Part shown: positions 1-9,446 of the stretch, piece by piece
Position numbering within the stretch: position 1 is the first letter of the stretch
How the letters are laid out: every line of letters starts with the position of its first letter
Source: a virus
Virus record (IMG/VR): IMGVR_UViG_3300028831_000229
Span: 53,942 to 117,941 of that record
Strand: one strand, 5' to 3'
DNA: 64,000 bases
Program-made: the position numbers and the translations under genes
The notes under the pieces: model-generated
Databases searched by the model: none
Told to the model about the DNA's origin: nothing
The model's input: the letters and a program-made list of their open reading frames with translations, nothing else

Positions 1-1
1 C

Positions 2-1042
2 GACGGTACGTACCACATCGCGATGGCACCGCTCGGTCCGACTGGCCGTCGTCGCGATGCGATGCTGGCCGGCGGTACGCTGTGCGGCGTGCGGTCGAGC
101 ACCACGATCATGTTCCACGGTGACGCGAGCGGCATGTTCTGGGCAGGTGTGCTCGACGCCAGCGTGAACAACGTCAAGCTCGACACGCACTGCGTGTTCA
201 ACACACCGGAGCAGGCGCACCTCATCCGGCTGACCACCAACGGTCACGTCATCCGAGACGTGGAGCTGGTGCACCCGAAGCGTAGTCCGTCGGCTGGTGA
301 CGACATCAACATCGTCGGCTCGCTCACCACACCCATCCAGGGCTTGGTGATCGACAACGTCAAGTTCACGTCGTGCGCCAGGTTCGGTGTGCAGATCTCG
401 CGCGGCGTGACCAACGGCGTGATCAGCAACAGCGACTTCGGAGACGGCTGCGCCTTCGGCAGCGAAGGCGCGGGAGGGATCGATGGCTTGCGCATCGAGC
501 ATAGCAGGTTCGTGTCCACGACGCCGGGCCTGGCGCTCAACATCCAGCGCCAGACCAACACGGTCGTGTCGCACGTCGAGCTGCACGGCAGGACCATCCT
601 CTTGTACTTCTGCGATGGATGCAGGGTCGAGCACAGCACGGTGTCCGACCTCATCCAAGTCACGCCTGGTGACTACGTCGGCGCGGTGACCATCGCGAAC
701 AGCGCCCACAACGTGACGCTGACCGACCTCACGCTGACGCAGTCTTCGCCTCTCGCTGCATCGCTGGTGCGCATCACGCCGTTGCGCACCAACATGCAGG
801 CCGACTTGGCGAACATCCTCATCACCGACAGCACGCTGACCCAGAGCACGCAAGCACCGCTGGTGGTGGCGCGAGGCGTGACCGGCGTGACGATCCAGAA
901 CAGCAACCTCACCTACAACGGCGTGACGACCTACGTCCCGGTCGTGCTCGATGCCGCGGCTTCCGTGGCAACGACACCGGCCGTGAGCGTTCCGACAACC
1001 GGCATCGTGTTGAGTAACAACACGACCGTCGGCATCCCGTAG
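2..1042 (+). CDS. right-handed parallel beta-helix protein (pectate lyase-like/depolymerase-like), 5'-truncated
   Basis: Frame is open from the window start. Repeated beta-coil motifs (VIDNVKF, VISNSDF, RIEHSRF, LITDSTL, TIQNSNL). Confidence 0.7.
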   Translation, partial: DGTYHIAMAPLGPTGRRRDAMLAGGTLCGVRSSTTIMFHGDASGMFWAGVLDASVNNVKLDTHCVFNTPEQAHLIRLTTNGHVIRDVELVHPKRSPSAGDDINIVGSLTTPIQGLVIDNVKFTSCARFGVQISRGVTNGVISNSDFGDGCAFGSEGAGGIDGLRIEHSRFVSTTPGLALNIQRQTNTVVSHVELHGRTILLYFCDGCRVEHSTVSDLIQVTPGDYVGAVTIANSAHNVTLTDLTLTQSSPLAASLVRITPLRTNMQADLANILITDSTLTQSTQAPLVVARGVTGVTIQNSNLTYNGVTTYVPVVLDAAASVATTPAVSVPTTGIVLSNNTTVGIP

Positions 1043-1073
1043 CTACCAACCACGAGAAGAGGAGAAGACGACC

Positions 1074-1496
1074 ATGAGTGAAGACGAGGTGACGACGCCG
1101 GAGAGGCTCGTCATGCTGACCAAGCGCAGCTTCGCTGTGATGCTGCTCAAGCGGCTCAGCGGCGGGCTCGCTGGCGTGCTCGTTGACGAAGACGAGCACC
1201 GCTTCGTCGTGCACTTCCCGGTGCTCGGCGGCAACGTGAAGATGACGATCGACCTGGACGAGACGCGCCCCGGCGGCATCCCGATCCAGGAGGTCGACGG
1301 CTTCACCAACCTCAAGCAGCAGCGCGAGCTGCTGATGGTGCTCGCAGGTCACACTGCCTGGGAGCAACAGGAAGGCACGATGCGCAATCGCATCCTCGGC
1401 ATCGCCAAGGAGATGGAGGAGGCGGGCTACGAGAGTCTGCCTCGGTCTCTCCGTGACCACGTCGACTGGCTGGACCAGGAAGGCAGGACCGAATGA
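1074..1496 (+). CDS. hypothetical protein
   Basis: GAGGAG RBS, phage-like codon usage, ATGA overlap with next gene. Confidence 0.8.
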   Translation: MSEDEVTTPERLVMLTKRSFAVMLLKRLSGGLAGVLVDEDEHRFVVHFPVLGGNVKMTIDLDETRPGGIPIQEVDGFTNLKQQRELLMVLAGHTAWEQQEGTMRNRILGIAKEMEEAGYESLPRSLRDHVDWLDQEGRTE

Positions 1497-1759
1497 AGTG
1501 CGGCAACTGCAACACTGAAGACGGCCACGCCGAGTGGTGCATCGTGCCCAAGCAGGCGGCGCGCGACCGCCAGTTCCGTGAGCACTACGCGCGCGAGATC
1601 TACTCGGCCATGCGCGACGAGATCCGCAACGCGATCGAGAAGGCACGCGCCGACATGGCACATTACCAGCGTACCGGCGAGGGTCACCTGTCCCTCATCC
1701 GCGACTACACCATCTCGATGGACAAGCTACTCGACCACATCAACAGGATGAGCCCATGA
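1493..1759 (+). CDS. hypothetical protein with N-terminal CxxC...HxxxC
   Basis: ATGA overlaps on both sides; MKCGNC...HAEWC. Confidence 0.75.
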   Translation: MKCGNCNTEDGHAEWCIVPKQAARDRQFREHYAREIYSAMRDEIRNAIEKARADMAHYQRTGEGHLSLIRDYTISMDKLLDHINRMSP

Positions 1760-2079
1760 GCGACCGAGCCTTGTGCGAAGTGAAGTGCGACCGTTGCGGC
1801 AACACGTCCATTGTGGCGGCTGACTTGGTGGACGATCGCATCGTGCCTGCCGTCTACCCGGAGAACTGGAGCGGCGTCCACCAGCACAAGTGGAAAGTGC
1901 ACGGACCGAACAAGTTCGACCTCTGCCGCGCGTGTGCGCTCGACTTCGAGAACTGGATGAAACTGCGCGACCCCATCGGACGTCCACTTCCGTGCAGGCA
2001 TGCTGGTTGTACGCATACCGCCAACGTCGACACGAAGACCCCGTACTGCATGAACCACATCAACGACGACAACGAGTAG
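1756..2079 (+). CDS. Cys-rich putative zinc-binding protein
   Basis: CDRC...CRAC and C-terminal CxxxxC...CxxH; coupled to upstream gene. Confidence 0.75.
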   Translation: MSDRALCEVKCDRCGNTSIVAADLVDDRIVPAVYPENWSGVHQHKWKVHGPNKFDLCRACALDFENWMKLRDPIGRPLPCRHAGCTHTANVDTKTPYCMNHINDDNE

Positions 2080-2090
2080 AGGAGAAGACC

Positions 2091-2549
2091 ATGACGACCC
2101 CAATCAGTGACGAGCGCGCGCAGAAGATGACCGAGGAATACCAGCAGCTGATGGCGATTGCCGTCAAGCAGCTGGACGAGCACAAGGTGTGGTTGAAGGA
2201 CCGCATCGCGGCGCTCACCAGCATGACGAGTTTCGACCGGGCGACGCTCGCGTACCAGGTCGACCGCATCGAGCTGGAGACCGTCTACGCCGAGCCCAAC
2301 GTGACGCAGCTCCTATACGAGGACGGCGTGCTCGTGCCGAAGAAGACGATGTCGCTCGTCTGGCAGTACCCGGACGAGCTGATCGCGTTCCTCACGAGCG
2401 ACCTCGCAACCGAGGAGCTGCGCAACACGCTGGACGGCGCCAACTTCCACAGCGAAGAAGACCAGCCGGCGTTCCACCTCAAGAAGGCCACGGACGCCGA
2501 AGTCCAGGCGGAAGCCGAGAAGGCGCGGGCTCAACGAGACACACCGTGA
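2091..2549 (+). CDS. hypothetical protein
   Basis: GAGGAG RBS before ATG 2091; GTGA overlap with next gene. Confidence 0.8.
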   Translation: MTTPISDERAQKMTEEYQQLMAIAVKQLDEHKVWLKDRIAALTSMTSFDRATLAYQVDRIELETVYAEPNVTQLLYEDGVLVPKKTMSLVWQYPDELIAFLTSDLATEELRNTLDGANFHSEEDQPAFHLKKATDAEVQAEAEKARAQRDTP

Positions 2550-3178
2550 GTGACCTCGATGACATGCGGCGTGAGATGGCCGCGCTCAGTGGCAAGAGCG
2601 GGAAGAAGCGCTTGCCGAGCGAGCGCGTGCCTGACACGTCGCTCGCCAAGATGAACCGTCGCCAAGCACGTCGGCGCTCCAAGGCCAAGGGCAGCAGCAA
2701 CGAGCGTGTCGTGGCCAAGATGTTCGAGGCGTGGTGCGGCTGGAAGGTGAAGCGCACCCCGCAGAGCGGTGGCTGGTCGACCGCGGCGTTCGGCGTGACC
2801 GGCGACCTGGTCTGCGAGGACAAGCGCTTCCCGTTCCACGTCGAGTGCAAGAAGCGCGAGGACTGGCAGCTGGACGACCTGGTCACCGGCGTGCGCGTGA
2901 AGGACGAGCGATCCATCCTCGAGTGGTGGAAGCAGACGATCCGCACGTGCCCGAAGAACAAGGAGCCGCTCCTCGTCTTCACGCGGAACAACAAGGCGCA
3001 GCTGGTGATGGTGCGCTCGTTCTGGTTCTCGGATTTCCGCGATCCGGACGCCAACGAGGTCCCCAAGTTCGTCATCACCTTGCAAGACCTGCCAGTTCCC
3101 GATACCGTGAGCATCATGCGGCTGGACCTGTTCCTTGCTGCACTACCGCCGCCGAAGCGGAAGGAGAAGAGGAAGTGA
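2546..3178 (+). CDS. Holliday junction resolvase (Hjc-like PD-(D/E)xK nuclease)
   Basis: SKAKGSSNER...RTPQSGG...GDL...VECK...WWKQ...PLLVF, the pattern of phage Hjc-type resolvases. Confidence 0.85.
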   Translation: MSDLDDMRREMAALSGKSGKKRLPSERVPDTSLAKMNRRQARRRSKAKGSSNERVVAKMFEAWCGWKVKRTPQSGGWSTAAFGVTGDLVCEDKRFPFHVECKKREDWQLDDLVTGVRVKDERSILEWWKQTIRTCPKNKEPLLVFTRNNKAQLVMVRSFWFSDFRDPDANEVPKFVITLQDLPVPDTVSIMRLDLFLAALPPPKRKEKRK

Positions 3179-3528
3179 AGAGACCACGCAACATCGACTT
3201 CGTCTGCCCGGACTGCGACCACCGCGAGACGCGACTCGTCGAGACCAACGACGATGGGACCGTCATCGAGGAGCAGCACTGCGAGCAAGCGATCACCAAC
3301 ACGGACGACGTCTGCGAGCTGCCGTGCGGCGCCACCTGTGGCGGTGTCATGGTGGCTCAGGAGTACGGCGTCGGAGGCTACTCGCAGACCATCAACAAGA
3401 ACAACGCCGACTTCGCCGAGAGGCAGCGCGAGCGCCTCGAGAAGCGCTCATGGGAGCACTGGCAGAAGAAGGGCAGAGACGAGGCCGTCGATCGGCAGCG
3501 CGCTCTGGAGAAGAAATACGGAGCCTGA
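3175..3528 (+). CDS. FmdB-like zinc-ribbon protein
   Basis: GTG start in GTGA overlap; DFVCPDCDH...CGG. Confidence 0.6.
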   Translation: MKRPRNIDFVCPDCDHRETRLVETNDDGTVIEEQHCEQAITNTDDVCELPCGATCGGVMVAQEYGVGGYSQTINKNNADFAERQRERLEKRSWEHWQKKGRDEAVDRQRALEKKYGA

Positions 3529-3577
3529 CGTGCCTGCAACCCCAATCCGTCTGAAGTTCAACGACGAGGAGAAGACG

Positions 3578-3862
3578 ATGCCCCGTCTCAAGCGAGAAGA
3601 GCAGATCGAGCTGCTCAGGAACCTGGCCACCACGATGGTGAAGTCCGTGGCCGAGAAGCCCGAGGAGGTGGTCGTCCGCATGGTCGACACGCAGCACAAC
3701 CTCGTGTTCGAGATCTGCGTCGCGTCCAGTGACATGGGCCTCGTGCTCGGCCGTGACGGCTGCACCGCGGAGTCGATGCGCGACGTCATGTACGTCGCGT
3801 GCAAGAAGACCGACTTCAAGATCACGCTGGACATCGTGACCAAGGACAAGCGCGGTGGCTAG
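3578..3862 (+). CDS. khpA: KH-domain RNA-binding protein, KhpA/YlqC-like
   Basis: 94 aa; VKSVAEKPEEV...VASSDMGLVLGRDGCTAESMR matches the KhpA pattern (DMGxVIGxxGxT). GAGGAG RBS. Confidence 0.8.
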   Translation: MPRLKREEQIELLRNLATTMVKSVAEKPEEVVVRMVDTQHNLVFEICVASSDMGLVLGRDGCTAESMRDVMYVACKKTDFKITLDIVTKDKRGG

Positions 3863-4034
3863 CCTGTGTCCCGGCTGCCTCCGGGACGACTGCGACGGAT
3901 GCACTGCCTTGCAGGACGTGCGTACCAAATGCGATCACCCCGAGCACCGGCGCGGCACGCGCGGTGGTCTTGGTGCGAACCAGGAGGTCTGCATGAACTG
4001 CGGGGAGACCGTGCTCAAGCGACGCTCGAAGTGA
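3855..4034 (+). CDS. small Cys-rich protein (59 aa, absent from the ORF track)
   Basis: GTG start overlapping khpA end; translates as MASLCPGCLRDDCDGC...KCDHPEH...CMNCGETVLKRRSK. Confidence 0.6.
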   Translation: MASLCPGCLRDDCDGCTALQDVRTKCDHPEHRRGTRGGLGANQEVCMNCGETVLKRRSK

Positions 4035-4106
4035 GCACGACGCGCTGAGGCCGCTCGTGCACAACGAGTGAGCACAGCGCGGTATGTGCATGCACAGCGG
4101 GTCGAG

Positions 4107-4145
4107 GCTGGCGTGCTGGCATTCCGTCGACGCCAGCACGCCAGC
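4107..4145. repeat. perfect 14-bp inverted repeat, putative operator or hairpin
   Basis: GCTGGCGTGCTGGC-N11-GCCAGCACGCCAGC, intergenic, just upstream of a promoter candidate. Confidence 0.75.
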
Positions 4146-4154
4146 TTGCAGTGG

Positions 4155-4183
4155 TTGCCTTGTGCACCGCGGCGCGTTACAGT
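4155..4183 (+). promoter_or_regulatory. sigma70-type promoter candidate for the terminase operon (possibly leaderless mRNA)
   Basis: TTGCCT-N17-TACAGT, with ATG 6 nt downstream and no RBS. Confidence 0.5.
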
Positions 4184-4189
4184 GCGCAC

Positions 4190-4441
4190 ATGCCGGGCAT
4201 CAGGCGGCGCACAGTCAGAAAACCAGCTGCCATGGCCAGGGCACGCTGGTATGCCGCGCGGGGTTACCCGCACAGTTTCATCGCGGCCAAGGTCGGCGTC
4301 ACACGCAACACGGTGCGGAAGTGGTGCGTCAAGTACGAGGCCAGGCGCTCACTTGACAGGCTGGTTGCACGCATCATGGGCTTGTCGGAGACGCAGCGGC
4401 GTGCGTTGATGGATCGCATCACCACGAGGACCGCGTCATGA
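4190..4441 (+). CDS. small helix-turn-helix protein
   Basis: GYPHSFIAAKVGVTRNTVRKW HTH; ATGA overlap with small terminase. Confidence 0.7.
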   Translation: MPGIRRRTVRKPAAMARARWYAARGYPHSFIAAKVGVTRNTVRKWCVKYEARRSLDRLVARIMGLSETQRRALMDRITTRTAS

Positions 4442-5232
4442 ACAAGAAGCCCGTCGACCTCATCAAGGCAGACGCCAAGCTGCGCGAGATCAAGAAGCGC
4501 AAGCCCAAGGTCGCCGCTGCCAAGGAGACACCACCGCCGCTCGCGTTGCCGGCCGCCGCGACACCAGCCGTGGCATCGCCAGCAGCCGAAGAGACCGCGG
4601 CTCAGGAAGATGAAGCTTGGGCCTGGACACCGGAGCGCGAGAAGGCAGTGCAACAGGTGGTTGCTGGCATTCCCAAGACGCAGATCGCGGACAAGCTCGG
4701 CGTCCACCGCAACACGGTCAACAACTGGTGCAAGCACCCAGAGTTCGTGGCACGCGTGCGAGAGCTGACCGATGACCGCGTCAACACCACGCGCCAGCGC
4801 CGACACGTGGAGACGCAGCTCTTCACGGACAAGATCGCCAAGGCCGCGCACACGATGCTCGATGTCGCGATCAAGAACCCGAAGGACGGCACCGCTGTCC
4901 GCGCTGCGCGCGAGTGGCTCGGTGAGTACCGCTCCTTCCGTGCGGAAGAGCGCATCGACACGGGTGACAACGTCGCGCACGTGAAGCACGAGCACGAAGG
5001 CTCGGTCAACCACAGCCACACGCTCAGCACGAAGTCCTTCAAGGGGTTCATGCAGGAGGCGCTCGGCAGCAACATCATCGACGCCGAGTGCATCGAGGCG
5101 AACGACGTGCACGGCATCATCCTCCAGGCGACGCAGCAAGCGCTCGTGGAGGGGACGCTGCTGGACGACCTCGCGGAGGAAGAGCGCCACCTCAAGCTGG
5201 ACGCGCACACGCAGGTGGAGAAGAAGCCGTGA
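4438..5232 (+). CDS. terminase small subunit (putative)
   Basis: HTH (KTQIADKLGVHRNTVNNWCKHPEF) followed by helical region; directly upstream of and coupled to the large terminase. Confidence 0.75.
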   Translation: MNKKPVDLIKADAKLREIKKRKPKVAAAKETPPPLALPAAATPAVASPAAEETAAQEDEAWAWTPEREKAVQQVVAGIPKTQIADKLGVHRNTVNNWCKHPEFVARVRELTDDRVNTTRQRRHVETQLFTDKIAKAAHTMLDVAIKNPKDGTAVRAAREWLGEYRSFRAEERIDTGDNVAHVKHEHEGSVNHSHTLSTKSFKGFMQEALGSNIIDAECIEANDVHGIILQATQQALVEGTLLDDLAEEERHLKLDAHTQVEKKP

Positions 5233-6992
5233 TTACGCGCGCACAACTCGAGGAGACCATCCGGCGCATGCCCGATGCGCCGGTCGGCGTGGTGCTCGAA
5301 GAGCTGAGCCGCCAGGACCCGGTGCTGTGGTGCATGTTCTACCGCCGGCTGCGTGGCCATCCGCTGACGTTCGACAACAGCAGGCAGCTCACGGAGGCCG
5401 CGCTTGAGCAGACCAAGCGCGAGATCCGCGACCCGGAGAAGTACAAGCGCGAGGTGCAGTCGCGTTTGCTGCGCCATCGACCGTTCATCATGCAGCCGAT
5501 GAGCGACACGCACCCGTGGAAGGTCTACGAAAAGGCGCGGCAGATCGGCATCAGCGAGACCTCCATCAGCGAGGTCATCCACTTCCTGTGGACCAACCCG
5601 ACCACGAAGTGGATCTACACGTTCCCTCGCGACACGCAGCTCCGCGACTTCAGCACCACGCGCATCGCCGAGGCGTTCGCCGAGACGCCGCGCATGCGCT
5701 CGCTGCTCGGCACGCCGAACCAGATCTACACCAAGAAAATCGGCGAGGCGTACCTCATCCTGCGCTCAGCCTGGGAGAGCAACCTCGGTGAGGGCATCGA
5801 CGCCGACGGTGTGACCCTGGACGAGAAGGACCGCATGAAGGAAGGCGTCGAGGTCGCCTTCCGCGAGTCGATGAAGTCCTCCAAGTTCGGCTTCCTGCGC
5901 GAGGTCAGCACGCCGACGCTCCCTGGTCGTGGCGTGGACGCGAGCTTCAAGGAGAGCGACCAGCAGTGCTGGCTCGTGCGCTGCGTGAAGTGCAGGCTGG
6001 AGCAGGAGATCGCCTGGCCGGACAACATCCACCAGGAGCTGGACTACCCGCTCGGCACCAAGGAGCTGCCGGATGGTGCGTACGAGTACCGCTGCCGGCG
6101 CTCGAAGTGCCAAGGCTTGCTCGACCGCGTGCACGGTCGCTGGGTACCGCGGTTCCCCGACAAGAAGAACATCCGCGGCTACCACATGCCGCAGACGATC
6201 GCGCCGTGGATCACCGCGACGCGCCTGATGCAGAACAAGATCGACTACAAGTTCATCCAGCTCTGGACGAACTACTGCCTGGGGCTGCCGGCGATCAGCA
6301 ACGACGTGCTACTCAGCGATGCCGACTACGACGCAGCGTGCGCGGGTCACCAGCTCGTCCTGCGCCGCACGCGCGACTGGCACAACATCTCGGTCGGCAT
6401 CGACTGGGGCCACCTCAACTGGGTGGTCGTCATCGCGCAGAGCACGCATAACAACCTCTTCTACCTGCTCAACCTCGGTGTGTTCGAGGACAACTACTCG
6501 CAGGAGCTGGAGAGCGTCAAGGACATCGAGAAGTTCATCGCGCCCTACGAGCCTGACCGCATCATCGCGGATGCCGGCTTCGGCAAGGACCGCAACGCGT
6601 ACCTGATGCGGAAGTTCTCGCCGCGTGGTCTCGGCCGGTTCTACAGCTGCCAGTACAACCCGTCGACCAAGCACAGCCGCACCTTCCAGCCGGTGTGGTC
6701 GGCGCCTGACCAGGGACGTCTGCTGGTCGACCGCACCATGAGCATCAAGACGGTGTGCCGCGCAGTGAAGGAGCGCGAGTTCGGCATCCCTGACCTTGGC
6801 TTGGAGAAGACGCAGCTCTGGAAGCGTCACTTCAAGAACCTCGCGCCGCTGCGTGTGGAAGAAGAGGGAGAGATCGTCGAGGACATCAGCCACACCGGCG
6901 ATGACCACCTGGTGCACGCCACGGTCTACGCGTGGCTCGGCATCGAGCACATCACGAAAGGCGGACGGTTCTCGTTCGACTTCCTGGGATGA
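5229..6992 (+). CDS. terL: terminase large subunit (lambda gpA/SPO1-Twort-like family)
   Basis: Walker A KARQIGISE, Walker B VTLDE, coupling motif STPT, CxxC zinc finger, nuclease motifs VGIDWG...IIAD...DDHLVHA. Confidence 0.93.
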   Translation: MITRAQLEETIRRMPDAPVGVVLEELSRQDPVLWCMFYRRLRGHPLTFDNSRQLTEAALEQTKREIRDPEKYKREVQSRLLRHRPFIMQPMSDTHPWKVYEKARQIGISETSISEVIHFLWTNPTTKWIYTFPRDTQLRDFSTTRIAEAFAETPRMRSLLGTPNQIYTKKIGEAYLILRSAWESNLGEGIDADGVTLDEKDRMKEGVEVAFRESMKSSKFGFLREVSTPTLPGRGVDASFKESDQQCWLVRCVKCRLEQEIAWPDNIHQELDYPLGTKELPDGAYEYRCRRSKCQGLLDRVHGRWVPRFPDKKNIRGYHMPQTIAPWITATRLMQNKIDYKFIQLWTNYCLGLPAISNDVLLSDADYDAACAGHQLVLRRTRDWHNISVGIDWGHLNWVVVIAQSTHNNLFYLLNLGVFEDNYSQELESVKDIEKFIAPYEPDRIIADAGFGKDRNAYLMRKFSPRGLGRFYSCQYNPSTKHSRTFQPVWSAPDQGRLLVDRTMSIKTVCRAVKEREFGIPDLGLEKTQLWKRHFKNLAPLRVEEEGEIVEDISHTGDDHLVHATVYAWLGIEHITKGGRFSFDFLG

Positions 6993-7017
6993 GCAGCACA
7001 CAGAAAGAACAGGCGTC

Positions 7018-7242
7018 ATGGCACTTGTTGTCGAGCTTGGCAGGCAGAGGCAGCGCAGGACCACGAGCGATCAGATGCTCGCGGAGTGCGCGACGGTGGC
7101 GTGCAGGGACTGCCGAGCGGTCCTGGTCGAGATGCAAGACGCCGTGCACCACGGGATCGACACGGACGGTTGGTGGCGTGCGCAATTCAAGCTGGCTCGC
7201 GAGAGCGTGAGCGCAGGACACCATGTCCACCTCCAACCTTGA
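7018..7242 (+). CDS. hypothetical protein (CxxC)
   Basis: ATG after purine-rich leader; fills the gap between terL and the YkgJ-like gene. Confidence 0.55.
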   Translation: MALVVELGRQRQRRTTSDQMLAECATVACRDCRAVLVEMQDAVHHGIDTDGWWRAQFKLARESVSAGHHVHLQP

Positions 7243-7546
7243 CTGCACCAAGTGCGGTGCCTGCTGCTGGGTGAAGCACTGGTCGCACGGCTACACGCCG
7301 CTGACCGACTTCGACCTCACCAACGTCCCTGGCACGTTGGTCGTGGAGCGCCAGTATGGACGCGTAAAGCTCCGCGTGCTCCAAGACAAGCCGCGACACG
7401 GTGGCTTCGCGTGCATCGCGCTCGCCGGTCGCATCGGCCAGCGTGTCAGCTGCTCCATCTACGAGCAGCGCCCTCAGTTCTGTCGAGAGTTCAAGCCGGG
7501 CTCGCCTGCCTGCCTCAAGGCCAGGCGCAGAGCCGGCGTAAGCTGA
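7223..7546 (+). CDS. YkgJ family CxxCxxCC cysteine-cluster protein
   Basis: DCTKCGACC...CIAL...CSIYEQRPQFCREF. Confidence 0.85.
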   Translation: MSTSNLDCTKCGACCWVKHWSHGYTPLTDFDLTNVPGTLVVERQYGRVKLRVLQDKPRHGGFACIALAGRIGQRVSCSIYEQRPQFCREFKPGSPACLKARRRAGVS

Positions 7547-7568
7547 CCACCAGCAAGGAGAAGAGAAG

Positions 7569-8069
7569 ATGAGCGTATGCAGGATGGATGACTCGCCGTG
7601 GTGCACGCCGGGCACGTGCAAGGACTGCGATGCGGCACGAGGTGAGCCCACCAAAGAGGTGACGAGGATGAGCGTCACGCACGTGGCAGTCACGCCGCGT
7701 GGTCTGGAGCTTGGCGGCTACGTCAAGAGCGAGCGCTTGGTGCCTCGCATGCACAACCAACAGGGAGACAAGCAGATGGCGACCTTCGGTGAAGTGGAAC
7801 CAGTGATCAAGACCGAGCACGACATCGAGAAGGCGATCGAGATGGTCACGGCGCTCACGCGCAACCTGCTCTCGCTGCCCGCCGACATCGAGGTCGGCGT
7901 GCACATCCGACCGCACTACCGGCAGTACATCGCGACCGTGGAGGTCGCCGGGTTCGTGCTGGTGCAGAAGCACGCACGCATGAGCCTGGCGATCGAGGCG
8001 CTGCTCAGCGACCTCAGCGACCGCGTGCACAAGCGCATCGCGGAAGCTCAGGCCCTGCTCAGCAAGTAG
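7569..8069 (+). CDS. hypothetical protein
   Basis: AAGGAG RBS; true start could be a downstream ATG. Confidence 0.65.
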   Translation: MSVCRMDDSPWCTPGTCKDCDAARGEPTKEVTRMSVTHVAVTPRGLELGGYVKSERLVPRMHNQQGDKQMATFGEVEPVIKTEHDIEKAIEMVTALTRNLLSLPADIEVGVHIRPHYRQYIATVEVAGFVLVQKHARMSLAIEALLSDLSDRVHKRIAEAQALLSK

Positions 8070-8107
8070 CCACGGCTACAACGAGAAGACGAGAAGACGA
8101 GAAGAGG

Positions 8108-8506
8108 ATGAAGAGGAAGCCGCCCTGCACGCCGCACAGCGTGCACAAGAGCCGGCGCCTGGAGCGTGTCGTCCAAGAGCTGAGCAAGCCACAGTCGCTT
8201 GAGCCGCTTGACGAAGCCGTGCGCCAACGCATCGCCGCTCTGGCTCCGAGAGCATGGACACGTCCCTGGTTCGAGCAGGTGATCGAGGCGTGCATCGGTC
8301 GCAACAAGCTGCTCGCGTGGGACGTGGACACGGTGATCGACAGGAAGGCTGTGAGCACGGTGACCGTGCATCTGACCTTCTGGCCAGACGTGGTCAACAC
8401 GATGTACGCCGATCACCTGGCTCACGTGTTCGAGCTGGAGTGCTGGCCCTACAAACCAGCTGGCACGCTCTTCCGCGTGCGAGTCCACAAGGCCCCAACA
8501 TCATGA
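8108..8506 (+). CDS. hypothetical protein with shared N-terminal basic motif
   Basis: Purine-rich leader (tandem GAGAAGAC); ATGA overlap with next gene. Confidence 0.7.
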   Translation: MKRKPPCTPHSVHKSRRLERVVQELSKPQSLEPLDEAVRQRIAALAPRAWTRPWFEQVIEACIGRNKLLAWDVDTVIDRKAVSTVTVHLTFWPDVVNTMYADHLAHVFELECWPYKPAGTLFRVRVHKAPTS

Positions 8507-8898
8507 GCAAGCAACTCGAACTGAGAGGTAGCACGCACCGCGAGACGGCTCGTGCGTGGTGGCGCGTGATGCACCAACGCGACTACCCGACGATCTGCGA
8601 GGTCTGTCAGGATCCGATCGGTGACGCGCTCTACCAGCGCACGCGGTTCGGCGCGTACATCTTCCCTGTGGAGGAGCCAGGCGTGCTCTTGGAGTACGTC
8701 TGCAAGCGCTGCTACGACTGCAACTACGGCTGGCTCTACGAGGTGCGCTGCAAGGAGTGCGGGTCCGTGCACACGCGCAACCAGAAGTGCGACGGGCCGT
8801 ACACGTGCTCGCACCACTGCGACACGTGCAAGCGCAACACGCTGCACGAGCGGACCGACGTGCACATGGCTGACACAACCAAGGATGACCGTCCATGA
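8503..8898 (+). CDS. multi-zinc-finger protein
   Basis: Four CxxC pairs; ATGA overlaps on both sides. Confidence 0.75.
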   Translation: MSKQLELRGSTHRETARAWWRVMHQRDYPTICEVCQDPIGDALYQRTRFGAYIFPVEEPGVLLEYVCKRCYDCNYGWLYEVRCKECGSVHTRNQKCDGPYTCSHHCDTCKRNTLHERTDVHMADTTKDDRP

Positions 8899-9446
8899 AG
8901 TACCTCAACTTGGAGCACAGCAAGAAAAGAAAGACAGCGCTTGGTTTGGATGACCCGTCAATCGTCCGTGCAGCAGCCGAAGCCAGGGTTGCTGGTCGAC
9001 GAGCGCGTGCCAAGACGCGTGGTGAACATTGCGAATGCGGCTACGTGAGTAGCGGCTCGTTCCTGCGGTGTCGTTGGTGCACTGAGAGTGGCATGCGCTA
9101 TCTGCCCCGCTATGTGCCAGGTGCGTTGCAATGCTGGAGCCTCCACAAGAAAGGTGACAAGTGGTACCGATGTGAGCGTGCCGACGGTCACGAGGCGCAG
9201 CACAGCTGGGGGTCTGTGCTCAGTTGGAGCGTCGGCGATCAGCGCGTGCGGGTAGTCTGCGGCGTGTGCAAGACCGACGTGATCACCGTACGCAACGGTG
9301 ACGACGATCCGCCGTGGTACGTCCGCTGTCCGATCTGCAACGAGGGACGGCAGACCGGACCTGTGGCCAGCCGATGCACGATGCAGCTGATGCCACCGCC
9401 TGATGACCTGCAACCGTTCGCCAGCGGCCCGAAGGAGGCCACATGA
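8895..9446 (+). CDS. Cys/His-rich hypothetical protein
   Basis: Several CxxC/CxC motifs; ATGA overlaps on both sides. Confidence 0.7.
   Translation: MKYLNLEHSKKRKTALGLDDPSIVRAAAEARVAGRRARAKTRGEHCECGYVSSGSFLRCRWCTESGMRYLPRYVPGALQCWSLHKKGDKWYRCERADGHEAQHSWGSVLSWSVGDQRVRVVCGVCKTDVITVRNGDDDPPWYVRCPICNEGRQTGPVASRCTMQLMPPPDDLQPFASGPKEAT

Noticed and set aside
8083-8107. Tandem GAGAAGAC and recurring GGAGAAGA leaders (1074, 2091, 3578, 7569, 20572)
   Set aside because: Most simply explained as purine-rich Shine-Dalgarno context.
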